Assembly: GCA_964244895.1 (NCBI GenBank)
Contig: CAXTKV010000023.1
Coordinates: 1 to 37,983, forward strand
Length of the DNA stretch: 37,983 bases
From: an uncultured Deinococcales bacterium
GTDB taxonomy: Bacteria; Deinococcota; Deinococci; Deinococcales; JAAFIG01
Direction: 5' to 3'
Under the pieces are notes generated by a model that saw only the letters and a program-made list of their open reading frames with translations, searched no databases and had not been told where the DNA came from. Each line of letters starts with the position of its first letter. Position 1 is the stretch's first letter. Positions 25,873-34,279 of the stretch are shown here, in pieces. Both the position numbers and the translations under genes were made by a program.

Positions 25873-28344
25873 ATGAGTGACGTTTTCGAAACAACTTCCC
25901 ACTTACCCGACGAGACGCTGACTCGGGCTGCTGATATGGATTTGTTTGCCTTAGAGCGAATCCAGGTTGACGATCTGATTCGTGATGCAAATATCTTTAT
26001 CCTGGATCAGCCGCAAAAAGCGCTTGAACTTTCCGAGACAGCTCGAGAGATAGCCACTGTTGTAAATTACGGATCTGGTATTGCCTGGAGTAATTACCGA
26101 ATCGGTGAATGCATCATCAACTTGGGCGATTTTCCGCGAGCTCTTAGCCATTTTCGCGTTTCGTTAGAACTTGCGCAAATCCAAGAAGATATACCTTTAA
26201 CTTCTTGGTCTATTTACAAAATTGGATTCTGCTATTTTCGTTTTGGAGAACTCGAACGTGCTTCAAAAAATTTCTCAAAGAGCCTTGAATTAGCTGAGCT
26301 AGTAAGTGATCTGAATTTAATTTGTAGGACTTATAACTTAATGGCGGGAATTTGTTACAAAAACGGTAAATATTTAGAAGCTATTGATTTATTGTATAAA
26401 TCTGTTAACGAAAATACGAGCGAAAAGACACTTACTTTAAAAGTTGCTAGCTTAAGTAACCTTGGATTAATTTTCGCTGATCTTGGGAATTACGAAAAAT
26501 CGATTGAATGCCTCAAAGAATCGTATACAAACGCTAAGGATGGCGCGGACAAAATCGCTGTCCTGGACGCCTTGATGAACATGGCGAACGTCTACGAAAA
26601 AATGGACAGCAAAAGAATGGCTTTGGATTTCGCGGAACGAGCGTTGGTGCTCAGCAAGGAAATCGGTAGCAAATTTCACGAAATCCACGTGCTCGAGACG
26701 ATCGCGTTGTTGCGTTTGAAACAGAACGAACCGGAACAGGCGCTGGCGCATTTCGAGGAAGCGCTGATTCTGACCGAAGAAAGCACGTACCAGGAGGGTC
26801 AGGTCGTCGTGCTAGCGGGCCTCGGGCGGGTTCACGACAGTCTGGCGCGTCACACGGACGCTCTGAATTACTATGGGAAATCGCTCGAGATTGCGCGGCA
26901 AATTGAGGATTTTCAGGGGCAGGTGTCAGCCTTGACAGGAATCGGTTCGGCCTACTTGAAGATGGACAACCATCACGCGGCGCTCAGGGCGCTCGAGGAA
27001 GCGCTCGAGCGCGCCATTCACGCGGATTTAAAGCAATCGGTGATCGAGTGCCACCTGAAGCTCGCGGAGGCGTACAAGACGGGTGGAAATTACCTCAAGG
27101 CCTTAGAGCATTTCGAGGTGCATCACGTTCTGGACAGGGATCACCGCGAGTTCATGGCTGAACAGCGCCGTCAGGTGCTCGAGGTCGAGTTGGGGCTCGA
27201 GTCGGAACGCAAGGCGCGCGACGACGCGGAAGGTCTGGTCAAGGTTCGCACACAGGAACTCGAGTTCGCGCACATCGAGGTGGCGGAACGTTTGGCGAAC
27301 GCCGCCGAGTACCGCGACGACAAGACGGGTGCGCACACGGAACGCGTCGGTTGGCTTTCGGCGCACATCGCCAAGGCGTTGGGTTGGCGGGCCGATCAGG
27401 TTGATCTGATTCGTCTGGCGGCGCGTTTGCACGACATCGGCAAGATCGGCATTCCGGACGGCATCTTGCTCAAGCCCGCCGCGTTGACCCCGGACGAATT
27501 CCGACAGATGGAGAGCCACACGGTGATCGGGGCGAGAATCCTGTCGGCGGGGCATTCGGACATCCTGAAACTGGCGGAATCGATCGCGGAAAGTCATCAC
27601 GAGCGCTGGGACGGCACCGGGTACCCGCACCAGTTGTGCGGCGATGAAATCCCGATGTCCGGTCGGATCGTGGCCGTAGCTGACGTGTTCGATGCCCTGA
27701 CCCGCGAACGACCCTACAAGCGTCCGTGGACGCTCGAGGAGGCGCTGGCTGAAATTGAGCGTCAGTCCGGGCGGCAGTTCGATCCGCGCGTGGTGGATGC
27801 GGCCCGTCAGGTGATCACGCCGGATGCGATCTCGAGCATGGAGATCGAGTTGATCAGGAATTTCATGATGCCGGACGCGGACGCCAACGATCCGATGGGG
27901 CCGGGCATCGAGGCTCGAGAGCCGGAAGTCTACCGCGATCCGGCGACGCTGCTGGCCAACGGCGAGGCCTTCGAGATGGACTGGCGCAACGAGGTGGCGC
28001 GCGCCGGGCGCACCGGCAGCGAGATCATCAGGCTGCATTTCGATCTCGAGGGGCTCGAGGGGTTGCGCCGGGTCGGGCGTTTGACGACGCTGTCCTCGAT
28101 CCGTCGGGCGTTCGCGGACGAGATGCGCAGCCGATTGCTGCACCTGGGTCGCTTGTACCGCGTCAAGGACGATGGGTTCCTGGTTCTGGTGGTTGGTCAG
28201 CCGGTCGGTCACGCTCAGGTGGATTTTGATCAGGCCGTCAAGCTGTTCATGGGCTCGTGGGCGGCGCGCTTCCCGACGGTGCTGGTGCAGTTCGGCGTGG
28301 AAAGCATCAAACCTCAGGAACACGATGTCGTCCCTGCGGCCTGA
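25873..28344 (+). CDS. TPR-repeat HD-GYP cyclic-dinucleotide phosphodiesterase with degenerate GGDEF-like tail
   Basis: About 9-10 TPR-like repeats (e.g. SLSNLGLIFADLGNYEKSIECL); HD-GYP motifs EYRDDKTGAHTERV, LHDIGKIGIPD, HHERWDGTGYP, ADVFDAL, RPYK, QFDP. Confidence 0.92.
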   Translation: MSDVFETTSHLPDETLTRAADMDLFALERIQVDDLIRDANIFILDQPQKALELSETAREIATVVNYGSGIAWSNYRIGECIINLGDFPRALSHFRVSLELAQIQEDIPLTSWSIYKIGFCYFRFGELERASKNFSKSLELAELVSDLNLICRTYNLMAGICYKNGKYLEAIDLLYKSVNENTSEKTLTLKVASLSNLGLIFADLGNYEKSIECLKESYTNAKDGADKIAVLDALMNMANVYEKMDSKRMALDFAERALVLSKEIGSKFHEIHVLETIALLRLKQNEPEQALAHFEEALILTEESTYQEGQVVVLAGLGRVHDSLARHTDALNYYGKSLEIARQIEDFQGQVSALTGIGSAYLKMDNHHAALRALEEALERAIHADLKQSVIECHLKLAEAYKTGGNYLKALEHFEVHHVLDRDHREFMAEQRRQVLEVELGLESERKARDDAEGLVKVRTQELEFAHIEVAERLANAAEYRDDKTGAHTERVGWLSAHIAKALGWRADQVDLIRLAARLHDIGKIGIPDGILLKPAALTPDEFRQMESHTVIGARILSAGHSDILKLAESIAESHHERWDGTGYPHQLCGDEIPMSGRIVAVADVFDALTRERPYKRPWTLEEALAEIERQSGRQFDPRVVDAARQVITPDAISSMEIELIRNFMMPDADANDPMGPGIEAREPEVYRDPATLLANGEAFEMDWRNEVARAGRTGSEIIRLHFDLEGLEGLRRVGRLTTLSSIRRAFADEMRSRLLHLGRLYRVKDDGFLVLVVGQPVGHAQVDFDQAVKLFMGSWAARFPTVLVQFGVESIKPQEHDVVPAA

Positions 28345-28372
28345 GGATCGGGTCGAGGTTCGGGATACGCCG

Positions 28373-28425
28373 AAGAACACCGTCCCAGACGATATTGTAT
28401 TCATTCCGTCTGGGACGGTGTTCTT
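28373..28425. repeat. Repeat family A, long form
   Basis: AAGAACACCGTCCCAGACG-loop-CGTCTGGGACGGTGTTCTT (19-bp perfect arms). Confidence 0.9.
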
Positions 28426-28494
28426 GAAGGCTGGCGCTTTGTTTGCTCCGCTCGGGCATCACGGATCTGAATGGGACGGCTAGAATAACCAACG

Positions 28495-30039
28495 GTGAAC
28501 CCTCGACCCGCCGAATTGCACCGCAACCCAACCGATCCGCGCTCGATCGCGACCGGCCAGCCATCTCAGGTTCGGGATGCGGATCTGACGCGCATGTTGC
28601 GGTTGCTCGGGCGGTCGTTGCGCGCGCCGGTGGCCGCCGTGGTGACGGATCGGCGCATCGTGGTGCGCGGCCTCAAATTGGAACGGGCGCGCGGTCTGAG
28701 GGAACTGATGGCGCTGGTTCCTCGGACGGGTCTGATCTCGGTCTCGAACCTGGCGGCGCTCCCACACTGGAACGCGGAGTGGCTCGAGGACAGCGAACTG
28801 CGCTTTCTGGCGGGCACGATGATCAGTGGTTCTCGAGCGGCGCTTGTGGTGCTCGATTCGCGCTTGCGCGGCCCGTTGACGCCCACCGAGCGCGCCGTGC
28901 TGACGGAGTTTGCCGGGCTGGCCGAGAGTTTGCTGCGCGATGATCCGCAATCTGCCCCTAAAACGCCCGTTTTGAGCGCGCCGAACACCGATGCGCGGGC
29001 GTCAGGTCAGGGCTTGCTCGAGCTGGCGCGGTTGAGCGCGGTGCGGGTGGACGCGTCCGGAGCGATCACCGAACTGGTCGGAGCATCGTTTGCGGCGCTC
29101 GGGTTGACGACCGCGCAGGTGGGCAAATCCACGTCCGAAGTGTTTGCCCAATGGCCCGCGCTGACGCTGGCTTTTGACCGCGCCCTGGAAGGCTATTTCA
29201 ATGTCGCCTCGCTCGAGCCCGCGCTGCCGCTGGAGTTGCATTGCCGTCCAGTGCGGCTCGACGGCATGCTGGCTGGCGCGGTCGGTGCGCTCTTCGAGAT
29301 CGGGTCGGATGACCGCGCCCGGAGGTCGGACGCGCGTTTCGAGGGCGGCTTTTCGGATCGGATTCGGTCGGTACGAACAGAAGATGCGACGCTCGAGGAC
29401 GCGAAACCCCGCGCGATCGCGGAGGAACGCGCACGCATCGCGCGCGAGATGCACGATGGTTTCGGCAAGGACGTGTTTGGACTGGCGATGATCCTCGAAT
29501 CGTTGGCGGAAAGCCAGCGCGGGCGCGCCCTTCAGAGCGAGCTGGTGAGGCACGCGCAGACGGCCAGACGGCTCGGGCACGAGGCCCGTGCGCTGACGCA
29601 GGGTTTGCGCCAGGTCGCCCCGGTCGGACTGGCGCAACGCGCGCGCGATGTGGCGGCGCAATTCCAATCTGAACAACCCGGCAGCCCCCGGACGCATATT
29701 TCTTTGCCGGAGCACCTGCCGGAACTCGACGGGAGCGCGGTTCACGAACTGAGCCGCGTGATCCGCGAGGCCCTCGAGAACGTGCGCCGGCACGCGCGCG
29801 CCAGAAACGTCTGGGTCAGCCTCGGGTTGCAAGACCGCCAGATGGTCTTGTGGATCGATGACGATGGCAGGGGCTTCGCGGCGCTCAGCGCGCCGGGACG
29901 CTACGGCGTGTTGGGGATGCGCGAACGCGTCGAATTGCTCGGTGGTCGTTTTGCCCTGGAGCCCAGCCCGCGCGGTGGCGTGCGCGTCGAAGCTCGGGTG
30001 CCGCTGGACGGGATCGAGGAACATGCCAGCCGCGTTTGA
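28495..30039 (+). CDS. Soluble sensor histidine kinase (HisKA_3/NarX type)
   Basis: ERARIAREMHD H-box, EALENVRRHA N-box, DDGRGF, GVLGMRER; GAF-like and PAS-like N-terminal segments; no TM helix seen. Confidence 0.88.
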   Translation: MNPRPAELHRNPTDPRSIATGQPSQVRDADLTRMLRLLGRSLRAPVAAVVTDRRIVVRGLKLERARGLRELMALVPRTGLISVSNLAALPHWNAEWLEDSELRFLAGTMISGSRAALVVLDSRLRGPLTPTERAVLTEFAGLAESLLRDDPQSAPKTPVLSAPNTDARASGQGLLELARLSAVRVDASGAITELVGASFAALGLTTAQVGKSTSEVFAQWPALTLAFDRALEGYFNVASLEPALPLELHCRPVRLDGMLAGAVGALFEIGSDDRARRSDARFEGGFSDRIRSVRTEDATLEDAKPRAIAEERARIAREMHDGFGKDVFGLAMILESLAESQRGRALQSELVRHAQTARRLGHEARALTQGLRQVAPVGLAQRARDVAAQFQSEQPGSPRTHISLPEHLPELDGSAVHELSRVIREALENVRRHARARNVWVSLGLQDRQMVLWIDDDGRGFAALSAPGRYGVLGMRERVELLGGRFALEPSPRGGVRVEARVPLDGIEEHASRV

Positions 30040-30694
30040 ACCGATCCGTATCCTGATCGTCGACGACAGCTTTATCGTCCGTCAGGGCCTGCGCGTCAGC
30101 CTCACGGATGATCGCTTTGTGGTCATCGGTGAGGCCACCACGGGCCTCGAAGGGCTCGAGCGAGCCGAATCGCTCGAACCGGACGTGATCCTGATGGACG
30201 TGCGCATGCCCGACCTGGACGGTATTTCCGCCACCCGATCCGTGATCGAACGCGACCCGGACGCGCGCATCATCATCCTGACCTGGTCGGAAAACGGTCA
30301 GAACCTGCTGTCCGCCGTCAAAGCGGGCGCGAAAGGCTACCTGGTGCACGGCTCGTTCACCATCGAGGAGTTGCGCGCCGCGATTCAGACCGTGTATGAC
30401 GGTGGCGCAGCGATTTCGCCGACGCTGGCGCCGTTGCTGCTGGACGCTTTTCGCAACAATTCCAGAAGCTCCGACGGCACCGATTCGCGTTCCGTTTCCG
30501 CCCTGACCCCGCGCGAGCAGGACATCCTGGCGTTGATCCGCGAGAACTACACCAACCGCCAGATCTCTGAGCGCCTGGGCTTGGCCGAAAAAACCGTCAA
30601 GAACTACATCTCGAACATTTATTCGAAGTTGATGGTCACGGACCGTCAGGCTGCGGCGCGCGTTCCGTTGCGGGTCGGCAGCGACGACCGTTGA
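30023..30694 (+). CDS. NarL/LuxR-family response regulator
   Basis: ILIVDD, DVILMDVRMP, LTPREQDIL, TVKNYISNIYSKL; overlaps the kinase 3' end; GAGGA SD. Confidence 0.93.
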   Translation: MPAAFEPIRILIVDDSFIVRQGLRVSLTDDRFVVIGEATTGLEGLERAESLEPDVILMDVRMPDLDGISATRSVIERDPDARIIILTWSENGQNLLSAVKAGAKGYLVHGSFTIEELRAAIQTVYDGGAAISPTLAPLLLDAFRNNSRSSDGTDSRSVSALTPREQDILALIRENYTNRQISERLGLAEKTVKNYISNIYSKLMVTDRQAAARVPLRVGSDDR

Positions 30695-30816
30695 CGGCGC
30701 GCCTCGAGCGTGAACGATGCTCGAGATCGTCTTCGAAGCGCGCTGTTGATGCCGATCGAAAGTGTACTGGCGGAATGGTTTTTCTCGTTCCCCACGCCTT
30801 CACTCGGGGAATGCTG

Positions 30817-30869
30817 CTCGAGAAGAACGTCCAGCACGCAATCATGATAATACGTGCTGGACGGTCTTC
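30817..30869. repeat. Repeat family A, long form
   Basis: GAAGAACGTCCAGCACG-loop-CGTGCTGGACGGTCTTC. Confidence 0.85.
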
Positions 30870-30874
30870 CTGAA

Positions 30875-31708
30875 TTAAAGGTGGTACAAACTCGGGTAGA
30901 GCCGCAGGGCCTGATCTTCGGTCAGGAACTCACCGTCCGCGTCCGGCGACCACACGACCTCGGCGGCGATCAGGCTTTCAGGGCTCACGCCGGAAGCCGC
31001 CGTAAGTGCGGCGCGCACCTCGTTCGATTCGACCGGCAGCGTCACGGACGGCATCAGAAAATCCCTGGCGGCGACGACCACGGTCACGACGCAGTACGTG
31101 CCGCCCGCGGTCGGTTGGTACTCGACCGTGCGCGCCTGCGCATCGTTGCGGATGGTTTCCGCCCGGTACGCGGCGCGGGCGGTCGTCGCCCAGGACTCGA
31201 CGCGCTGGCTCGAGGCGGATTCCGAACCGCTGGCGTCCTCGACGGTCGCGTAAACCCAGCGCTCCGGGCGACGCATCAGGCTCAGGATGCTCTCGCGCAC
31301 CATGTTGGACAGGCCGCGCGGCGTGGTTGGATCGCCGGTGGACGCGATCTGGTGCAGTTCGCGTTTGACTTCATCCCCTTGCAGCAGCATCAGTTGCACC
31401 CGCAGCGCACCCGACCCCGACGCGTCCGCGCCGCCTGGCCCGCGCGCCTTGCCGCGCCTGAGGTAACGCACGAGCGCGAATGCGCCCAGCACGACCACGA
31501 TCAACACGATGCCGTTGCTGCCACCGAAGGAGAACGCGTAGGGCAACCACCCGAGCGGGTTGCCGCCGTCACCCGGATTGGCGGGCGGCGGGTTCTGATT
31601 GCCGAAACCGCCACCGCCGAACGATCCGCCGCTCTGCGCCAGGACGTTGGACGCGAGCGCCGCAACGATCCCGACCACGGCGCAAGCGATGACCCATCGA
31701 AGCTTCAC
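30875..31708 (-). CDS. DUF1517 domain protein
   Basis: Signal peptide then [10 protein letters not shown], one TM helix, [27 protein letters not shown] 6 nt before GTG 31708. Confidence 0.8.
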   Translation of the reverse strand: MKLRWVIACAVVGIVAALASNVLAQSGGSFGGGGFGNQNPPPANPGDGGNPLGWLPYAFSFGGSNGIVLIVVVLGAFALVRYLRRGKARGPGGADASGSGALRVQLMLLQGDEVKRELHQIASTGDPTTPRGLSNMVRESILSLMRRPERWVYATVEDASGSESASSQRVESWATTARAAYRAETIRNDAQARTVEYQPTAGGTYCVVTVVVAARDFLMPSVTLPVESNEVRAALTAASGVSPESLIAAEVVWSPDADGEFLTEDQALRLYPSLYHL

Positions 31709-31761
31709 ACCCACAGTCTACGGGCCTTTCTGAGACGCGCTTCCAAGGTAGGCTTTGTCGG

Positions 31762-32244
31762 ATGAACGACGATTTCCGCATCGGTTACGGCGAGGACGCG
31801 CACCGCCTCGCGCCGGGAAAAAAGTTGGTGCTGGCGGGCCTGGAGGTTCTTGACGCACCGCACGGCGCGATCGCGCACAGCGACGGTGATGCCGTGCTGC
31901 ACGCCGTGTCAGACGCGCTCCTCTCGAGCCTGGCGCTCGGGGATATCGGCAAGTTGTACCCGGACACCGACCCCGAGTGGCGCGGCCTGGACTCGAGCGT
32001 GATTTTGCTCGACGTGCTGGGGCGGGTGCGGGCGGCGGGTCTGGCGCTGGTCAACGTGGCGGTCGTGGTGACGCTGGACAGGCCGAAACTCGGGCCGTTG
32101 CGGGACGCGATGGCGGCCAAGCTCGGGGAATTGCTCGGCCTCGCGCCGGAGCGCGTCGGCTTGACCTTCAAGACCTCCGAGGGGCTCGCGCCGGAACACG
32201 TGCAGACGCGCGCGACCGCGCTGCTGCGGATGAATCGCGCTTGA
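31762..32244 (+). CDS. ispF: 2-C-methyl-D-erythritol 2,4-cyclodiphosphate synthase
   Basis: [36 protein letters not shown] 7 nt before ATG. Confidence 0.96.
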   Translation: MNDDFRIGYGEDAHRLAPGKKLVLAGLEVLDAPHGAIAHSDGDAVLHAVSDALLSSLALGDIGKLYPDTDPEWRGLDSSVILLDVLGRVRAAGLALVNVAVVVTLDRPKLGPLRDAMAAKLGELLGLAPERVGLTFKTSEGLAPEHVQTRATALLRMNRA

Positions 32245-32319
32245 GGCTGCGCTCCAGAAACGCCCCGTTCGAGCACGCACCGCCGATGCTCGAGCGTGGG
32301 TGGCTCGAGCGATAATTCA

Positions 32320-32343
32320 GGGCGCGATGTATCGCGCCCCTAC
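32320..32343 (-). repeat. GTAG-type REP-like palindrome
   Basis: Minus strand GTAG-GGGCGCGAT-AC-ATCGCGCCC, between convergent ispF and GNAT. Confidence 0.6.
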
Positions 32344-32362
32344 GAACCGTGGCTTCTCGAGG

Positions 32363-32830
32363 TCACGGTTGTTCATCCGACCAGATCATCTCGTTGTTGC
32401 CCCGGAACCCCAGGCTTTCGTAGAGCTTCTGCGTTCCCGGCGCGGCGTGCAGGGTCACGACGCGAATCTCGCGCATTTTGGCTTCGTCCAAAAGCATCTC
32501 TACCAGCTTCGAGGCCAGGCCGCGCCGTCGGTGATCGGGTTCGGTGAAGGCGTTGAAAACATAGCCGCGCTGCGGGCTGGGGTTCGGATCGCGCGGGCTG
32601 GGCGGCCAGTCCACGATCATCATGCCCGCGCCCGCCGCGACCTGATGCGCGACCGTCGCCAGATAACCCAGGTACGCGCCGCGCGTGATCGCCTCGCGCA
32701 CCCAGGGCAGGAAGGCGGTCGTCACGGCTCGGAGTTGGTCGTCGCCGTAACCCATCTCCGAGAACATCCTGTGGCGATGCAGCGCGGCGATGGCCGCGTC
32801 CTCTCGTGTGGCGGGGCGGAAGTCGTACAC
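32363..32830 (-). CDS. GNAT family N-acetyltransferase
   Basis: Motif A TEPDHRRRGLA, LYESLGF; TAGAAT 6 nt before GTG. Confidence 0.88.
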   Translation of the reverse strand: MYDFRPATREDAAIAALHRHRMFSEMGYGDDQLRAVTTAFLPWVREAITRGAYLGYLATVAHQVAAGAGMMIVDWPPSPRDPNPSPQRGYVFNAFTEPDHRRRGLASKLVEMLLDEAKMREIRVVTLHAAPGTQKLYESLGFRGNNEMIWSDEQP

Positions 32831-32861
32831 GCCCGCATTCTAAAGGCTCGAGGCAGCAGAG

Positions 32862-32905
32862 CACCGTCCAGCACACGGAATTAAATATGCGTGCTGGACG
32901 GTGTC
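32862..32905. repeat. Repeat family A, long form
   Basis: CACCGTCCAGCAC-loop-GTGCTGGACGGTG. Confidence 0.85.
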
Positions 32906-32931
32906 CTGATCTTCTACGCGTTTTTTAAATC

Positions 32932-33855
32932 TCAGTACCCGAGCGCCCGGATGCTGCCCTGCGAGAGTTCATCGCGCGGGGTGCGGCGGCGGCGATCCAG
33001 ATGCCAGCCCTGCGGCAGCGTCGGCGCGGTGCGGAGCGTGCCGCTGACGCGCTTGCGGATCGTGTCCAACCGCCCGAGTTGCTCCAGGAGCGCGGCGGGG
33101 TCGTTGCGGTTGAAGCGCATCTCGCGCCCGTCGCGCGTTTTGCCCTCGTCGGGAATACCGCCGTATTCCAGCGTGATCGTCAACGCGCGCGCAGACCGTT
33201 CCAGGACGCGTTCCAGCAGGGCGTAATCCGCCTCGGCCATCGGCAGGTGGCGGTCGCGCAAGCCATCCTTCTCGAGTCGCGGGCCGGAGACGTGAATCTC
33301 GAGCGCCCGCTCGAGCGGCAGGGCGTTCAGGTACGCGATTTCATGCTCGTCGCGGTGGTGCGCCGCCACGCGGGCGTGCGCGATGTCCAACAGGAAACCC
33401 GCGCCGGACGCGTCCAGCGCCGCCGCGATGAACTCCGGGTCGGTCACGAAACGCGGGCGTTCAGACCAGGCGTAAGTCGGCATGTTCTCGAGCAGAATGT
33501 CCAGCTTGGTGATTTCCTGCAGGCGCTGAACGTTCTCGCGGACGCGCTCCAGGGCAATTTCCGGGTTGATCTGGCCCTCGAAATCTTCCGGCTGGAAGTC
33601 CAGGTGAACGCTCAGGTACGGCGTGCCGCTCGCGTCGATCAAGTCTTGCAGTTCTTCCACGCCGGGAATGTCAATCATGCCGATCCGGTACGGCGGTCCC
33701 CAGCCGTGCAGCAGCACTGGCTTCAAGCCTCTGGCCTGCGCGAGTTGCGCCCTCGCGTCGCGCTCGAGGGGAATCTTAAGGAAATCCACGGGTGCGTGCA
33801 CCTTCCGGAGCAGCTTCTCGAGGGCTTGTGACCAGTTCGCGGCGAGTCGGATCAT
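32932..33855 (-). CDS. DUF692 family multinuclear non-heme iron oxidase (MNIO)
   Basis: LLHG, SVHL, LLENMP, FLLDIAHA, EIHVSG, DRH, LEY metal-ligand pattern; GGAGG SD before ATG 33855. Confidence 0.82.
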   Translation of the reverse strand: MIRLAANWSQALEKLLRKVHAPVDFLKIPLERDARAQLAQARGLKPVLLHGWGPPYRIGMIDIPGVEELQDLIDASGTPYLSVHLDFQPEDFEGQINPEIALERVRENVQRLQEITKLDILLENMPTYAWSERPRFVTDPEFIAAALDASGAGFLLDIAHARVAAHHRDEHEIAYLNALPLERALEIHVSGPRLEKDGLRDRHLPMAEADYALLERVLERSARALTITLEYGGIPDEGKTRDGREMRFNRNDPAALLEQLGRLDTIRKRVSGTLRTAPTLPQGWHLDRRRRTPRDELSQGSIRALGY

Positions 33856-33898
33856 ACGCGGGCCTCCGGGCGTCCAGCACTGTGTGTTGAGTGCTATA

Positions 33899-33931
33899 AG
33901 TATGTTACACATCATACTCAAAATAGTATGA
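33899..33931. promoter_or_regulatory. Candidate operator, three AGTATG/CATACT half-sites
   Basis: AGTATG-N8-CATACT-N6-AGTATG in the AT-rich stretch upstream of the DUF692 gene. Confidence 0.4.
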
Positions 33932-33961
33932 AATTGGTGCGCCGACCTCACACTCGCAATG

Positions 33962-34012
33962 AAAACACCGTCCCGGACGGAAGACTGTATTCGTGTCCAG
34001 TACGATGTTTTT
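33962..34012. repeat. Repeat family A, degenerate
   Basis: AAAACACCGTCCCGGACGG...GTACGATGTTTT. Confidence 0.65.
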
Positions 34013-34086
34013 GAGCACTAAACGCTCCAGGCTCACGTGCTGATCTTCGCGGCTCGCGTCTAGAACGAACAATTGAAGACGGGACG

Positions 34087-34182
34087 GTCATCCTGAGGAG
34101 TTCACGACGAAGGATCTCGCGTCGAGTCATGTCCCAGATGAACTTACCGATGCCGAAAGATCCTTCACTGCGCTCAGGATGA
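34087..34182. repeat. Palindromic element of a different family (GTCATCCTGAG...CTCAGGATGA)
   Basis: TCATCCTGAG pairs with CTCAGGATGA, and GAAGGATCT pairs with AGATCCTTC, around a 40-nt spacer. Confidence 0.7.
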
Positions 34183-34197
34183 AACGAGCCGATGATG

Positions 34198-34226
34198 CTC
34201 GAGAACACCGTCTGGGACGGTGTTCC
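34198..34226. repeat. Repeat family A, short form
   Basis: CTCGAGAACACCGTCTGGGACGGTGTTC. Confidence 0.85.
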
Positions 34227-34233
34227 TGGGAAC

Positions 34234-34262
34234 AAAAAAGCAGCCCCCAGGGGGCTGCTTTT
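34234..34262. terminator. Intrinsic terminator (bidirectional appearance) after the SufR-like gene
   Basis: AAAAAAGCAGCCCCC-A-GGGGGCTGCTTTT. Confidence 0.8.
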
Positions 34263-34279
34263 AACGCAACCCAAGCTGA

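Noticed and set aside
25399..33855. GWA peptides as RiPP substrates of the DUF692 enzyme
   Set aside because: They are about 7 kb apart with unrelated genes between and on opposite strands, and the peptides lack Cys; nothing in the sequence links them.
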